From the NCBI GenBank assembly GCA_963665645.2, contig CAXXQN010000010.1:42683-106682 (forward strand): a stretch of 64,000 nt of DNA, given 5' to 3'. Positions 38,211-48,760 of this stretch are shown piece after piece (the stretch's first letter is position 1; each line of letters opens with the position of its first letter). This stretch comes from Anaerovoracaceae bacterium. GTDB lineage: Bacteria; Bacillota; Clostridia; Peptostreptococcales; Anaerovoracaceae. The position numbers and the translations under genes were made by a program. The notes under the pieces are model-generated. The model was not told the DNA's origin, ran no database searches, and saw nothing but the letters and a program-made list of their open reading frames with translations.

Positions 38211-39818
38211 ATGTCGTATCATGTTTATTTTGTGGAAGACGAATATATGGTTCGTGAAAATGTGAAAAACAGTAATATCTGGCGTAACGGGAAATTCCAT
38301 TTATTCGGCGAAGCGGGAAACGGCGAAGATGCCTGGGAATTTATTGAAGCATCCGGGAATGAAATTGATATCGTCGTTACCGATATCCAGATGCCTTTTA
38401 TTGATGGATTGGAGCTCTGCGAAAAGATTCTCAGCAAATTCAAGCACATTAAGGTTGTTATCATCAGTGGATACAGCGAATTTGAATATGCAAAGAAGGC
38501 TATGAGCATGGGTGTAACGGAATATCTCGTAAAACCTCTGAGTGCATCCGACCTGCTGGAAACCCTGGAAAGAGTGGCAAATGAAATTGATGCAAATAAG
38601 CTGCATCACGCCAAAATTCAGAACCTGCAATCTGATTCGCGACACTATTTCAATACACAGCGTCAGAAGTTTCTCAGTGACTTAAGCCATGGCCTCATGG
38701 TGCAAGAAGATATTTTTCTTTCCTCGCAGAAATTTGGAATCGACTTAACCGCAAATTGCTATCAGTGTGTAGTCATTGAATTCCATAGTGAATCAGAAAT
38801 TAATTATATCAATTTGCTTAATTTAAACGAGCATATCTCGCTCTTGTTAAAAAACTATCAAAGCGTCCTGTATTTTTTCTCAGACTCTAAAACATTGAAC
38901 CTGATCATCAAAAATGATACCAGTTCTTTTTGCCACAAACTATGCAATGAAATAATAGAATCTGTTAACGCTTCTAATACAGAATTCTTTTGTGTCTGCA
39001 GTATCGGCTCCGAACAAAATGAAATCTCAGATCTGCCACAATCCTTAAGTGAAGCTCAGTTTGTGCTATCCTTAAAAGCTAATTCCATAGGCCATTCCAT
39101 TTCCTGTATTGAAGATGTGAACGAAACCCTGCTTAATCAGAATTTTATTATTAATTCTGAGCGAAATTCTTTGCTAAGCCTATTAAAATTCGGTACGATT
39201 GAGGAGCTTAACTCTTATCTGGAAAAACTCTCTGCAAAACTGAAAACGCAAAAGCAAAATAATGTCAACTTTATATACTCAGGGATTCAGATCATTTCCC
39301 TTGTAAAAGAATTCCTTGGAGAAATGGATGCGAATTTATCGGATGTTGTAGAGAACGACCATTTGTTTTATTGTTCTTCGTTTCTTGGCAGCGATGCCGT
39401 AGATCAGTTCATCGAAACAATTCGTTCGATCTTTCTGGATATCTTTGATTTCAGAGAACAAAAGAAGAATAACAAATATGGCAATATTATCGCTGCAGCA
39501 AAGGAATATATCGAGAAAAGCTGTCACTCCCCCAATTTGTCTCTCGTCGATGTGGCTGCCTACGTGAATATCAGCCCAGCTTATTTCAGTCAGCTGTTTC
39601 ATCAGGAAACCGGCGAAAGTTTCATCGATTTTCTGACCAACACAAGAATGAAAAAAGCCCGATATTTGCTGAACAATACTGCAACAAGATCCTCTGAAAT
39701 AGCTCTCGCATGTGGTTACAATGATCCAAACTACTTCAGCAAGGTCTTTAAAAAATTATTCGGCGTCTCTCCCCGCGAATACCGAATTGATCGTAATATT
39801 AAAACAAAAAAGGAATAG
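38211..39818 (+). CDS. response regulator with AraC-type HTH output (YesN type)
   Basis: REC domain (DIQMPFIDG) and a C-terminal AraC HTH (YFSQLFHQETGESF). Confidence 0.85.
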   Translation: MSYHVYFVEDEYMVRENVKNSNIWRNGKFHLFGEAGNGEDAWEFIEASGNEIDIVVTDIQMPFIDGLELCEKILSKFKHIKVVIISGYSEFEYAKKAMSMGVTEYLVKPLSASDLLETLERVANEIDANKLHHAKIQNLQSDSRHYFNTQRQKFLSDLSHGLMVQEDIFLSSQKFGIDLTANCYQCVVIEFHSESEINYINLLNLNEHISLLLKNYQSVLYFFSDSKTLNLIIKNDTSSFCHKLCNEIIESVNASNTEFFCVCSIGSEQNEISDLPQSLSEAQFVLSLKANSIGHSISCIEDVNETLLNQNFIINSERNSLLSLLKFGTIEELNSYLEKLSAKLKTQKQNNVNFIYSGIQIISLVKEFLGEMDANLSDVVENDHLFYCSSFLGSDAVDQFIETIRSIFLDIFDFREQKKNNKYGNIIAAAKEYIEKSCHSPNLSLVDVAAYVNISPAYFSQLFHQETGESFIDFLTNTRMKKARYLLNNTATRSSEIALACGYNDPNYFSKVFKKLFGVSPREYRIDRNIKTKKE

Positions 39819-39826
39819 AAGAGATT

Positions 39827-40486
39827 TTACAAACTGCGGATGAAGTTTTCAATCACGGTACAAATTTCTTTACTGCTCTCACTTTGAAACAGCATATGCC
39901 CTCCTACGGGGACTTTATAAATGGACTTCCCGGCGCGGACTTTATCAAAGATATAGTCTGCGCTTTTATAATGAACCGTGTCATCATCCATGGCCTGAAT
40001 AACCATTGTCCTGCAAGTAATATTTCCAAACATGGGCTTGGTTCTGGTTAAAAGTTTTTGAAATTCTATCATGGAAGAAAAGGATTTGTCCATAGATACC
40101 CTTGTGTATTTTTTCCAGTACACCCCAAAATTTGTAATTAAATTTGAGGCAATGATCTTAGAATTCCAGTAGTAAACCGGTGTATTAACGGTAATCAATG
40201 CGGCAAACCCATAATTCCATAAATTTACCGCCAGAAGCCCTCCCATGGAAAATCCGATGACGATAATTTTTCTGCATTGTTTCGATAAGTCCAAGTACGC
40301 CTGCTCCGCTGCTGCAATCCACTCACTGTAGTCAGACCCCGCCAGTTCCTTTTTTGTCTTCCCATGACCGGGCAAAAGAGGACATTTGACCAAGCAACCC
40401 TTCTCTGCAAGATAATCCTGCAGAGGCTTTACTTCCTCTACATTCCCGGCAAATCCGTGAATCAATAATATCCCCGTGTTACTCAC
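39827..40486 (-). CDS. alpha/beta hydrolase (carboxylesterase-like)
   Basis: Nucleophile elbow GFSMGG. 219 aa. Confidence 0.7.
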   Translation of the reverse strand: MSNTGILLIHGFAGNVEEVKPLQDYLAEKGCLVKCPLLPGHGKTKKELAGSDYSEWIAAAEQAYLDLSKQCRKIIVIGFSMGGLLAVNLWNYGFAALITVNTPVYYWNSKIIASNLITNFGVYWKKYTRVSMDKSFSSMIEFQKLLTRTKPMFGNITCRTMVIQAMDDDTVHYKSADYIFDKVRAGKSIYKVPVGGHMLFQSESSKEICTVIENFIRSL

Positions 40487-40569
40487 AGCGCTCCCCCATT
40501 TTTAAGGAATCACTCCTCAACCAACATTTTAAAATGATCATGCAAAGCAAAATTGTCATATGCTTACCT

Positions 40570-40611
40570 CCATTTAAACAAAACTCCCTTATAGTGTAAT
40601 ATTACACTATA
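40570..40611 (-). terminator. terminator, perfect 42-nt palindrome
   Basis: AAAACTCCCTTATAGTGTAATATTACACTATAAGGGAGTTTT, followed on the minus strand by a U-rich run. Confidence 0.7.
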
Positions 40612-40641
40612 AGGGAGTTTTAAGTCAATCATTTTTTATTT

Positions 40642-41088
40642 TTATTTGAAATTTTTCAATTGCTTTTTTATCGTCTGCAGTTCAAAAGACGCGCAAATTC
40701 TCCGATCACTTTGATCCAGCAGTCTGTAATGCTGCGATATGATATTTTGCTGAACTTTATATTTTGGCGTCTCTTCCAATGTTTTCCACCAGATTCTACC
40801 ACCCATGGTTTTGGGATAATTCGGATCAGAATTCCGGAATGCCAATGCCTGGATCATGTCTGTCACGTCACCGCCAAAGACAGCCTCCAGTACCTCACTT
40901 CTTTCAAATATTGTGCATAACACAACAGCGCCTGTCCAGCCAAGGGACGATCTCCCCTTTTCAATCTGAACAAGTGTCTTCTTTGAGATTCCCAATATAT
41001 CCGCCATCGTTTCCTGATTATAACCATACTCTGTACGAACCAGTTTCAGCTTATCATCTGCTTTGCCGATAAATTCATTCCCATCCAT
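40642..41088 (-). CDS. XRE-family HTH transcriptional regulator
   Basis: HTH QETMADILGISKKTLVQIEKG. Start moved to MDGNEF because the longer ORF overlaps the rubredoxin terminator hairpin. Confidence 0.7.
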   Translation of the reverse strand: MDGNEFIGKADDKLKLVRTEYGYNQETMADILGISKKTLVQIEKGRSSLGWTGAVVLCTIFERSEVLEAVFGGDVTDMIQALAFRNSDPNYPKTMGGRIWWKTLEETPKYKVQQNIISQHYRLLDQSDRRICASFELQTIKKQLKNFK

Positions 41089-41156
41089 ATTCCTATCCTT
41101 TATGATTCCTTGCAAATAATCACCCTGTTTCAAAACAGGGTGATTTTTTCATCTGA

Positions 41157-41315
41157 CTATTTTAATTCAAATTCATCTTTCCCTGCTCCGCACAACGGGC
41201 ATTCAAAGCTGTCCGGCACGTCAGCCCACTTAGTTCCTGGTGCCACTCCCTGCTCTTCGCATCCAGCCTCTTCACTGTAGATGTATCCGCAAACTTTGCA
41301 TTTATATTCTGCCAT
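41157..41315 (-). CDS. rubredoxin (52 aa, absent from ORF track)
   Basis: My own translation is MAEYKCKVCGYIYSEEAGCEEQGVAPGTKWADVPDSFECPLCGAGKDEFELK. Two CxxCG knuckles, AGGAGAG RBS, and a terminator hairpin at about 41112-41148. Confidence 0.85.
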   Translation of the reverse strand: MAEYKCKVCGYIYSEEAGCEEQGVAPGTKWADVPDSFECPLCGAGKDEFELK

Positions 41316-41501
41316 GGTTTCTCTCCTTTCGAAATTGAAAATGTGGTTTTCCTAAGTCAAATTTAATAATAGTATTATACCACTTTATTTTCATCTTAGC
41401 AGTAAAAATCTGTAAATCAAAGATTTTCGATTTTCTTGCATGAGTTCACCATCAATTTGTTTAACAAATTGGGTGAGCTAGCAAAAGGCAAATTTTAGAA
41501 T

Positions 41502-43772
41502 CTATTCTTTTTCATTTCCGGCAGCATATGATTCCAGCATAACGATGGCTTTGAACAGGTCTCCGTCTATTTTTATTTCAAACCATCCATTCTGAAGTCT
41601 GACCAGATCCTTTGCGATGGCCAGCCCCAACCCGCTTCCTTCCGTTGTTCTGGATTCTTCCCCACGCTTAAACCGTTCTATTAATTCATCCGCTTCGACA
41701 TTAAGCTCCGTTTTAGAAATATTTTTGATTTCCAGTATCACATTCAGGTTTTTACCCGAATTACTGTTTTGCTCCTTTAAGTCGATATAGACTCTCGATC
41801 CTTCCTGGGCATATTTCAAGACATTTACCAAAAGGTTTTCTACCACTCTCCAAAGAAGCTGTCCATCAGCACGAACGTAATAATTCTCTTTTTGTGCATT
41901 TATTTTGAAAACCAAATTGGAATTCTCTATTTTGTCGCTCATCTCACCCAGTCCCTGATTAATCAAAGAAAGCATATCCACTTTTTCAAATTTTACTGGA
42001 ATTGCTCCGCTGGATGCCTTCGCTGCATCAAAGAGATCCTCCGTCAGCTTCTTCAGACGAATGCTTTTTTGATCAAGAATTTCCAAATATTTCGGCGCTT
42101 CCGGATGATCAAGCCCTTCCTGCTTTAGAAGATCAATATAGGTGATAATCGAAGTAAGCGGTGTTTTCAAATCATGAGAGACATTAGAAATCAGATCTGT
42201 CTTCATTCTCTGGTTTTTCAATTCATTCTGTATGGCTCTATTGGATGCTTCGGATATTTCATTAATCCCTCTTGCCAGACCATCCAGTTCGCTGTCTCCA
42301 TCTGCTGGTATTTTATAAGCCAAATTTCCGTTCTTCACTTCATTGACACCTTTTTCAACGTCTTCATACTTTCTTACCCATTTCGGCGCCAGTACGATAA
42401 TTAATGCGGCCACGAAAGGAGCAAGCACAACCGTTGCAGAAAGCAAACAAATTGCCAGTGTAATCAGAACAACCTTCTTCATCAGGCTTCCGCCCTGATA
42501 TAATGCTTTCAGACCATTCCAGACAAAAGAAACCGCCATGCAAATCAGGGAGTTTTTGAAGAACCTTCCCGCCTTGATATTTCTCACAACAGACAGGATG
42601 AAATACAGTCCAAAACTTGCGGAAAACAATCCTATGATAACCGCCAACGCAATGGATAAGGAAAGAAGATTATTGCTGTAATATATTTCTCCATAGAAAT
42701 TAACGCCATAATTCACCGTTTCCAGCAGGAAATTCCCGAATAAGACACCGCCGCCTGCGAACAGGATTCCAATGGCCAGTAGCTGAAATTCGGTAAATAT
42801 CCTGTCAACTTTGTAGACCCGAACTGTTCCGTTTGTATCTTTTCTCCCTGTAACAACGATCAGGTAAATCAATAAGATCAGGGAAACCAGAGCGCCGCCA
42901 AGTGCAAGGGGCATCCATTGCATAAGTTCACCCCTTGCCCTGCCAAACTCTGTCTCTTTTGCTTTCAAATAATTATCATCAAAAGAAAAATATACTTTAA
43001 ATCCATGTTCATATTCTTTATCATCCAATCTATCTTGCAGGTACTTATCAAAATTTTTCATAAAGGAGTTGTTCCCTTTATCGGAATCAGGCACTTTTGT
43101 TAAGGTGGCATCCTGATAAATTAAGTAAGCCGAAGCCGACGTAAACTGTTTTACATCGACTGCTGCCGTAGGTGTATTTGTCATTCCGGGCATGTTCGTC
43201 ACTGTATCGACTCCGTCGGTAGCATAATAAACAAAACCATCCTGCTCCGTTAATTCTTTTTGATATCGCTGAAAATCATGCAGCTCGTCCATAATCAAAG
43301 CCTGTTTCAGTTCCGCAATTTTATCTGCATAATCCTGTTTAAATCGTTCACGGACAGCCGGAACATCGTAATTTCCACCGTATTTTTCTGTCGGATACTC
43401 CCCTGTAATCGTAACGATGTTCTCACTATATTCATCATAAACTTTATTATAAAACAGTGACCTAGTTGCATCTTCCATGCGTTGTTCCGTAATGGTATTT
43501 CCACTCTTGATATATTCCTCACTTTTGTAATGATCAAGCATCTCCAATATTCGGTCAAGTTTATCGTTGTATTCTGTTTGAAACGCGGCACTCTCCTCAT
43601 AGCTATTATATAGAAGCAGATCATCGATACCGTTTCCGTAGTAAGATGTGCTTCCTTCATTAAAGATAAATGCCAATCCCATAAGTGACACTAAAAAACT
43701 TATTACACAAAGAAAGAAAGCAACTCTTTGCAATACTTTATTACGACTAAAGCTTTTCAATTTTATATCCAA
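41502..43772 (-). CDS. membrane sensor histidine kinase
   Basis: 756 aa. Large N-terminal extracytoplasmic region, multi-TM block, H-box SHDLKTPLTSI, HATPase G-boxes. Confidence 0.85.
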   Translation of the reverse strand: MDIKLKSFSRNKVLQRVAFFLCVISFLVSLMGLAFIFNEGSTSYYGNGIDDLLLYNSYEESAAFQTEYNDKLDRILEMLDHYKSEEYIKSGNTITEQRMEDATRSLFYNKVYDEYSENIVTITGEYPTEKYGGNYDVPAVRERFKQDYADKIAELKQALIMDELHDFQRYQKELTEQDGFVYYATDGVDTVTNMPGMTNTPTAAVDVKQFTSASAYLIYQDATLTKVPDSDKGNNSFMKNFDKYLQDRLDDKEYEHGFKVYFSFDDNYLKAKETEFGRARGELMQWMPLALGGALVSLILLIYLIVVTGRKDTNGTVRVYKVDRIFTEFQLLAIGILFAGGGVLFGNFLLETVNYGVNFYGEIYYSNNLLSLSIALAVIIGLFSASFGLYFILSVVRNIKAGRFFKNSLICMAVSFVWNGLKALYQGGSLMKKVVLITLAICLLSATVVLAPFVAALIIVLAPKWVRKYEDVEKGVNEVKNGNLAYKIPADGDSELDGLARGINEISEASNRAIQNELKNQRMKTDLISNVSHDLKTPLTSIITYIDLLKQEGLDHPEAPKYLEILDQKSIRLKKLTEDLFDAAKASSGAIPVKFEKVDMLSLINQGLGEMSDKIENSNLVFKINAQKENYYVRADGQLLWRVVENLLVNVLKYAQEGSRVYIDLKEQNSNSGKNLNVILEIKNISKTELNVEADELIERFKRGEESRTTEGSGLGLAIAKDLVRLQNGWFEIKIDGDLFKAIVMLESYAAGNEKE

Positions 43773-44433
43773 TTCCCCACACCACCTTCAAATATCTCGG
43801 ATCTTTCGGATTGATCTCGATCTTTTCCCGAATTCTCCGAATATGCACTGCCACTGTATTTTCCGGATTAAACGACGGTTCGTTCCAAACCGCTTCATAT
43901 ATTTTATCCATGGAAAATACCCTGCCGGCATTTTCTGTCAATAATTTTAAAATTCCGTACTCGATTGGAGTGACCGGCACCTGTTCTCCGTCAACCGTGA
44001 TTGACTTTGCCTCATCATCTACAACCAATCCCCCCGACCTAAAAACCCCTGTTTTTTTCTCCATACTTCCCAAGTTTACATACCGCCTGAGCTGTGATTT
44101 TACCCGTGCAATCAATTCAAGCGGATTAAACGGCTTCGTGATGTAATCGTCCGCCCCTACGTTCAGCCCTGTTATCTTGTCATAATCCTCAGACTTTGCC
44201 GAAAGCATAATGATCGGAATGTTCTTGCCTTCCCGAATTTTCATAGTCGCTCTCATTCCATCTAATTTCGGCATCATGATATCCATCAGGATCAAATGAA
44301 TTTCCTCTCTGCGAACGATCTCAAGCGCTTCAAAGCCATCATATGCTTTAAAAACATCATACCCCTCATTCTTTAAATAGACTTCAATAGCTCCTACGAT
44401 TTCCTTGTCATCATCGCAAATTAAAACATTCAT
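43747..44433 (-). CDS. OmpR-family response regulator
   Basis: REC domain (DIMMPKLDG) and a winged helix (VWGIGYK). Overlaps the kinase gene by 26 nt. Confidence 0.9.
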   Translation of the reverse strand: MNVLICDDDKEIVGAIEVYLKNEGYDVFKAYDGFEALEIVRREEIHLILMDIMMPKLDGMRATMKIREGKNIPIIMLSAKSEDYDKITGLNVGADDYITKPFNPLELIARVKSQLRRYVNLGSMEKKTGVFRSGGLVVDDEAKSITVDGEQVPVTPIEYGILKLLTENAGRVFSMDKIYEAVWNEPSFNPENTVAVHIRRIREKIEINPKDPRYLKVVWGIGYKIEKL

Positions 44434-44795
44434 CCTGTTTTCTCCTTGTATAATAACTTTTAGTTATATATTGTTCTTTGATAATTAAATCATTACTACC
44501 TCAATCGGCTTAATAAAACCCATGATATAATTGCCCTGGTGTCAATCAGGTAATAGTTCTTTTTTCTCCTGTTGAGCCCGTTCTGGCTGCTTCAAAAATA
44601 GTCTGTTCCCCTGAACTGGAAGTTAGCTTCAAACCAACTGGCTGTTTGCTTAAGTACATGGACTCCCACCTGGCAGTGTGGTTCGCATCAGTCCATCTTA
44701 AGCCGGATTCTTATATGCAAGGGTGTCGATGCTCCAGTGTCATGGGTTTTGCCAAGCCGATTGACCATCAAATCTATTACGAAAGGAGGGATATC

Positions 44796-45783
44796 ATGAA
44801 CCCACTTTACGTCGGTATTGATGTCAGCAGTAAATCCAATGTCGTCTACTTCATGAAGCCTGACGGCTCCAAACATAGCAACTTTGCTGTCAATCTAACT
44901 CCCTGGATGGTGCCAGACAATTATCTAAGCGCATTGTATCTGCAATCACTTCCCAGGCCCTTACTGACCTCATCGTTGGGCTGGAAGCGACTTCCGTCTA
45001 TGGGGACAATCTCGTCTGCTTCCTCCGGGAAGATGGCTCTCTTGCCAGATACAACTGTAAAATCCACGTTCTTAATCCGAAACAGGTGAAGAAGTTCAAG
45101 GATTCTTATCCTGACCTGCCTAAGACTGATTATGTGGACTCCTACATCATTGCAGATGCCCTGCGCTTTGGAAGAATCAACAACAAGGTCTATTTGGACG
45201 ATTACCGCTGTAAGGCTTTGCAAAACCTTACGCGGGCCCGTTTCTTCGCTGTAAAGAAAAGCAGCGATTCCTCAATTACTTATTCATGAAGTACTCTTCT
45301 TTGGCACAGGACAAGGTGTTTTCCAACACCTTCGGCGCTGCTGCCTTAGCTGTCTATCAGGAGTTTGACTCACCAGATCAGCTGGCATATATGGACTTAC
45401 ATGAGCTGACCGACTTTATCAAAGAAAAAGGTAAGAACCGTTTCCCTGATCCCGATGCGATAGCCAAAGCCATTCAGAAAGCTGCCCGCAGTTCTTACCG
45501 CCTGCCTAAAACGGTAAATGACTCTGTTAACCAGGTGCTTTCTTTATCCATAAGCTCTATGAAAGCCTTGGAGTTTCAGATAAAAGAGTTTGATAAAGCC
45601 ATCGCTGCACAGCTTGTGCTGATTCCTAACACCTTGCAGTCTGTCAAAGGAATCGGCCCAGTATATGCTGCCGGTATTATTGCCGAGATCGGAGAAATCA
45701 ATCGTTTCCCCAATCAGGCTGCACTGGCGAAATATGCTGGTCTTGCGTGGAACAAGCATCAGTCCGGTGTTTTTGACGTTTAG
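44796..45783 (+). pseudogene. IS110-family transposase remnant (at least two frameshifts, 3' truncated)
   Basis: MNPLYVGIDVSSKS start with a GGAGG RBS. The reading frame switches near 44900 and near 45255-45290. It ends at ...NKHQSGVFDV, without the usual C-terminal ~100 aa. Confidence 0.75.
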
Positions 45784-46163
45784 TAAAAAATATATCATTT
45801 TTTACCTATCTTCTTCTTGACATAACACCGCTGGACTATTCAATAAAATAGGTACCCCCTTTCTTGCGTTACTAGTCCGCCCAATCTGCAAAGCAGATTG
45901 TTGGCGAACTTATGCAAAGAAATCATAAATCTTCGATTTTAGATCTCTAAGCCTCTACAAAGAGGATACCAAAATAATCTTAACAAAAGGTTTTTCAATT
46001 TCTTACAAATTTCTTAAAGTAAATAGGATATATTTATTATAGTATTTCGTAAAATTTTTTTCAATATGTAGGATTCCAATATTTGTAATTTGAATTTATT
46101 TTTTCGGCAAGTAATATCTGTCTTGAAATTCATTCATTTCAAAATCCTTATCCAAGCCTCTAC

Positions 46164-46703
46164 TCAGTAATTTTCACAGTTCACCTCATAATATCCCATC
46201 GGATAATCGCAAACCGGACATATCTCGGGGGCACAATAATCATTAACCAAGTTCCCGCAATTAAGGCAAATCCATACCTTTGCTTCGCCTTTGCAAAAGA
46301 CGGTTCCGTCTTCGATATTTTGCGCAAGCTTTTTAAACCGTTGATCATGATGATACTCGATATTGGCCACACTCAAAAATAAGTCTGAGATTTCAGAAAA
46401 ACCTTCTTGCCTGGCTATATCAGCATAATCGCTATACATGGTGGTCCACTCGTATTCTTCACCACGCGCAGCGCTTTTTAGATTTTCAAGGGTCGAAGGT
46501 ATTTCTCCTCCATTCAAATACCTCAACCAGATTGTACCATGCTCTCTTTCGTTTCCTGAAGTTTCCTCAAAGATATTTCCGATCTGCTCATACCCGTCTT
46601 CCCATGCTTTTCGCGCATAGATGGCATATCTTCCACTAGCTCTTGTTTCTCCTGCAAAGGCATCCTGCAAATTCTTATATGTTTGGCTCTCTTCAAATTT
46701 CAT
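46164..46703 (-). CDS. rbr: rubrerythrin
   Basis: Ferritin-like ExxH motifs (NEREH, IEYHH) and a C-terminal rubredoxin-like CLNCG...CPVC. Confidence 0.9.
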   Translation of the reverse strand: MKFEESQTYKNLQDAFAGETRASGRYAIYARKAWEDGYEQIGNIFEETSGNEREHGTIWLRYLNGGEIPSTLENLKSAARGEEYEWTTMYSDYADIARQEGFSEISDLFLSVANIEYHHDQRFKKLAQNIEDGTVFCKGEAKVWICLNCGNLVNDYCAPEICPVCDYPMGYYEVNCENY

Positions 46704-46812
46704 TGTAAATCCTCCTATCTTCGTTATCTATTTAGAGATTATTTAAAATCAATTTATACTATGAGAAAACTTATATGATGGTGTCAAACCGTTAATGGAT
46801 CTAAAAAAATTG

Positions 46813-46841
46813 TTGACAAACAAATATCCAGGGAATATACT
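46813..46841 (+). promoter_or_regulatory. sigma-A promoter of the T-box leader
   Basis: TTGACA-17 nt-TATACT. Confidence 0.6.
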
Positions 46842-46944
46842 ACAAAAAACAGATTGAGCGGAAGATTCCCATCCAGCTAACACCGATGGAATTTCCGTAT
46901 TGCTCCTGTCGACATTTGCTCAACAAATGAAGCTGGGTGCGTAA

Positions 46945-47227
46945 AACCGTTGATTAAGAAGAGTAAGCATAGCCCTTCATTTCACAGAGAACCGCTGATG
47001 GTGGGATAGCGGTAAATGAGACTACGCCGAATGGACTTATGAGGGCAGGACGAAATTAGCTTGCGCAGTAAATTAACAAGCAAGAGTAGTGCCTGACGGG
47101 ATCTCTACCCGTTATCAAGGGAGCATGTATGAAGTACATGGAAGGAGTGGGTGCTTGCGCCAATCAGGGTGGTACCGCAGAAGTTTAGCTTTTGTCCCAG
47201 AGAAATCTGGAACAAAAGCTTTTTTTA
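46945..47227 (+). promoter_or_regulatory. T-box riboswitch, tryptophan specifier (UGG at 47032-47034)
   Basis: K-turn TGATTAAGAAGAGTA, the AGAGA and GGTGGGA distal motifs, GAA-UGG-A in the specifier position, T-box AATCAGGGTGGTACCGCAG (47162-47180), and terminator AGCTTTTGT.CCAG-n6-CTGG.ACAAAAGCT plus T7. Confidence 0.8.
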
Positions 47228-47345
47228 TTGCCAAATCAAATAAAGGACGACGAAAATCTACAAAGCAATGCTTTGTGATTTTCCAGCTTAAATTCTGTCT
47301 ACGGCTCTAAAGAACCGGACAGAATATTAAAAGGAGGAAAAAATA

Positions 47346-48725
47346 ATGAACAAGATTCCACACAGATTGTATTTAACCGAAGAGCAGATGCCAAAGCAAT
47401 GGTATAACTTAAGAGCCGATATGAAAAATCAGCCCGATCCGATTATCAATCCTGGCACCATGAAGCCCGCCCAGGTAGAGGATCTTTATCCCGTTTTTTG
47501 CGAAAAGCTCGCACAGCAAGAAATGGATGCAACGACCCGCTATATTGATATCCCGGAGGAAGTCCTTGAAATGTACAAGATCTATCGTCCTTCCCCGCTG
47601 GTTCGTGCATATAATCTTGAAAAAGCACTGGATACACCGGCGAAAATTTATTTTAAATTTGAAGGCAATAACACATCCGGCAGCCATAAGCTGAACTCTG
47701 CTATCGCACAGGCTTATTATGCAAAAGAGCAAGGCTTAGCCGGTTTAACTACAGAAACGGGAGCCGGTCAGTGGGGCACTGCGCTCTCCGAGGCCTGTTC
47801 CTACTTTGGGCTTCCGCTTACCGTATTTATGGTAAAGGTTTCTTATGAACAAAAGCCGTTTCGAAAAGCAGTAATGGAGACTTTCGGAGGCACAGTCATT
47901 GCAAGTCCAAGTGAGACTACCAATGTTGGACGTGAAATTTTAAAGAACGATCCGACTACCGGAGGAAGCCTTGGCTGTGCAATTTCAGAGGCTGTTGAAA
48001 AAGCGGTCACCTCGCCGAACCACCGTTATGTACTCGGTTCCGTACTAAACCAGGTACTTTTGCATCAATCCATCATCGGGCTGGAAACAAAAGCAGCCAT
48101 GGAGATCCTTGGAGAATATCCTGATGTCATCATCGGATGTGCCGGCGGTGGTTCCAACCTTGGCGGACTGATCGCCCCATTCATGCAGGACAAACTGGCA
48201 GGGAAAGCGAATCCAAGAATCGTTGCGGTAGAACCTGCTTCCTGCCCATCTTTCACCCGCGGAAAATATGCGTATGACTTCTGTGATGTGGGAAGAATCA
48301 CTCCAATGGCTAAGATGTATACTTTAGGAAGTGATTTCAAACCATCCGCAAACCATGCCGGGGGACTTCGGTATCACGGAATGTCCCCGATTCTTTCTAA
48401 GCTGTATGATGACAAATATATGGAGGCAATTTCTGTTGAGCAGACAAAAGTATTTGAAGCTGCAACTTATTTTGCAAAACTGGAAACCATCCTGCCTGCC
48501 CCGGAATCGGCTCATGCAATCCGTAGTGCCATTGACGAAGCATTGAAGTGTAAAGAAACAGGAGAAGCAAAGACGATTCTGTTTGGTTTGACCGGCACAG
48601 GATATTTTGACATGACAGCATACACCTCCTTTAATGAAGGTACGATGACCGATTACATCCCAACCGACGAAGATCTGCAGAAATCCTTGTCAACCCTTCC
48701 CACTATTCCTGCAATTCAGGAATAA
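47346..48725 (+). CDS. TrpB-like PLP enzyme (tryptophan synthase beta chain, type 2)
   Basis: 459 aa. PLP-lysine region GSHKLNSA and GGGSN loop. Regulated by a Trp T-box. Confidence 0.8.
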   Translation: MNKIPHRLYLTEEQMPKQWYNLRADMKNQPDPIINPGTMKPAQVEDLYPVFCEKLAQQEMDATTRYIDIPEEVLEMYKIYRPSPLVRAYNLEKALDTPAKIYFKFEGNNTSGSHKLNSAIAQAYYAKEQGLAGLTTETGAGQWGTALSEACSYFGLPLTVFMVKVSYEQKPFRKAVMETFGGTVIASPSETTNVGREILKNDPTTGGSLGCAISEAVEKAVTSPNHRYVLGSVLNQVLLHQSIIGLETKAAMEILGEYPDVIIGCAGGGSNLGGLIAPFMQDKLAGKANPRIVAVEPASCPSFTRGKYAYDFCDVGRITPMAKMYTLGSDFKPSANHAGGLRYHGMSPILSKLYDDKYMEAISVEQTKVFEAATYFAKLETILPAPESAHAIRSAIDEALKCKETGEAKTILFGLTGTGYFDMTAYTSFNEGTMTDYIPTDEDLQKSLSTLPTIPAIQE

Positions 48726-48760
48726 CCACTAAACAGAGTCTATTTTAATACACCATGCTA

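Noticed and set aside
40570-40611. Perfect 42-nt palindrome as a possible protein-binding operator or recombination site.
   Set aside because: Its position directly after the XRE gene stop and the U-rich tract on the minus strand fit an ordinary strong intrinsic terminator. No second copy was seen.
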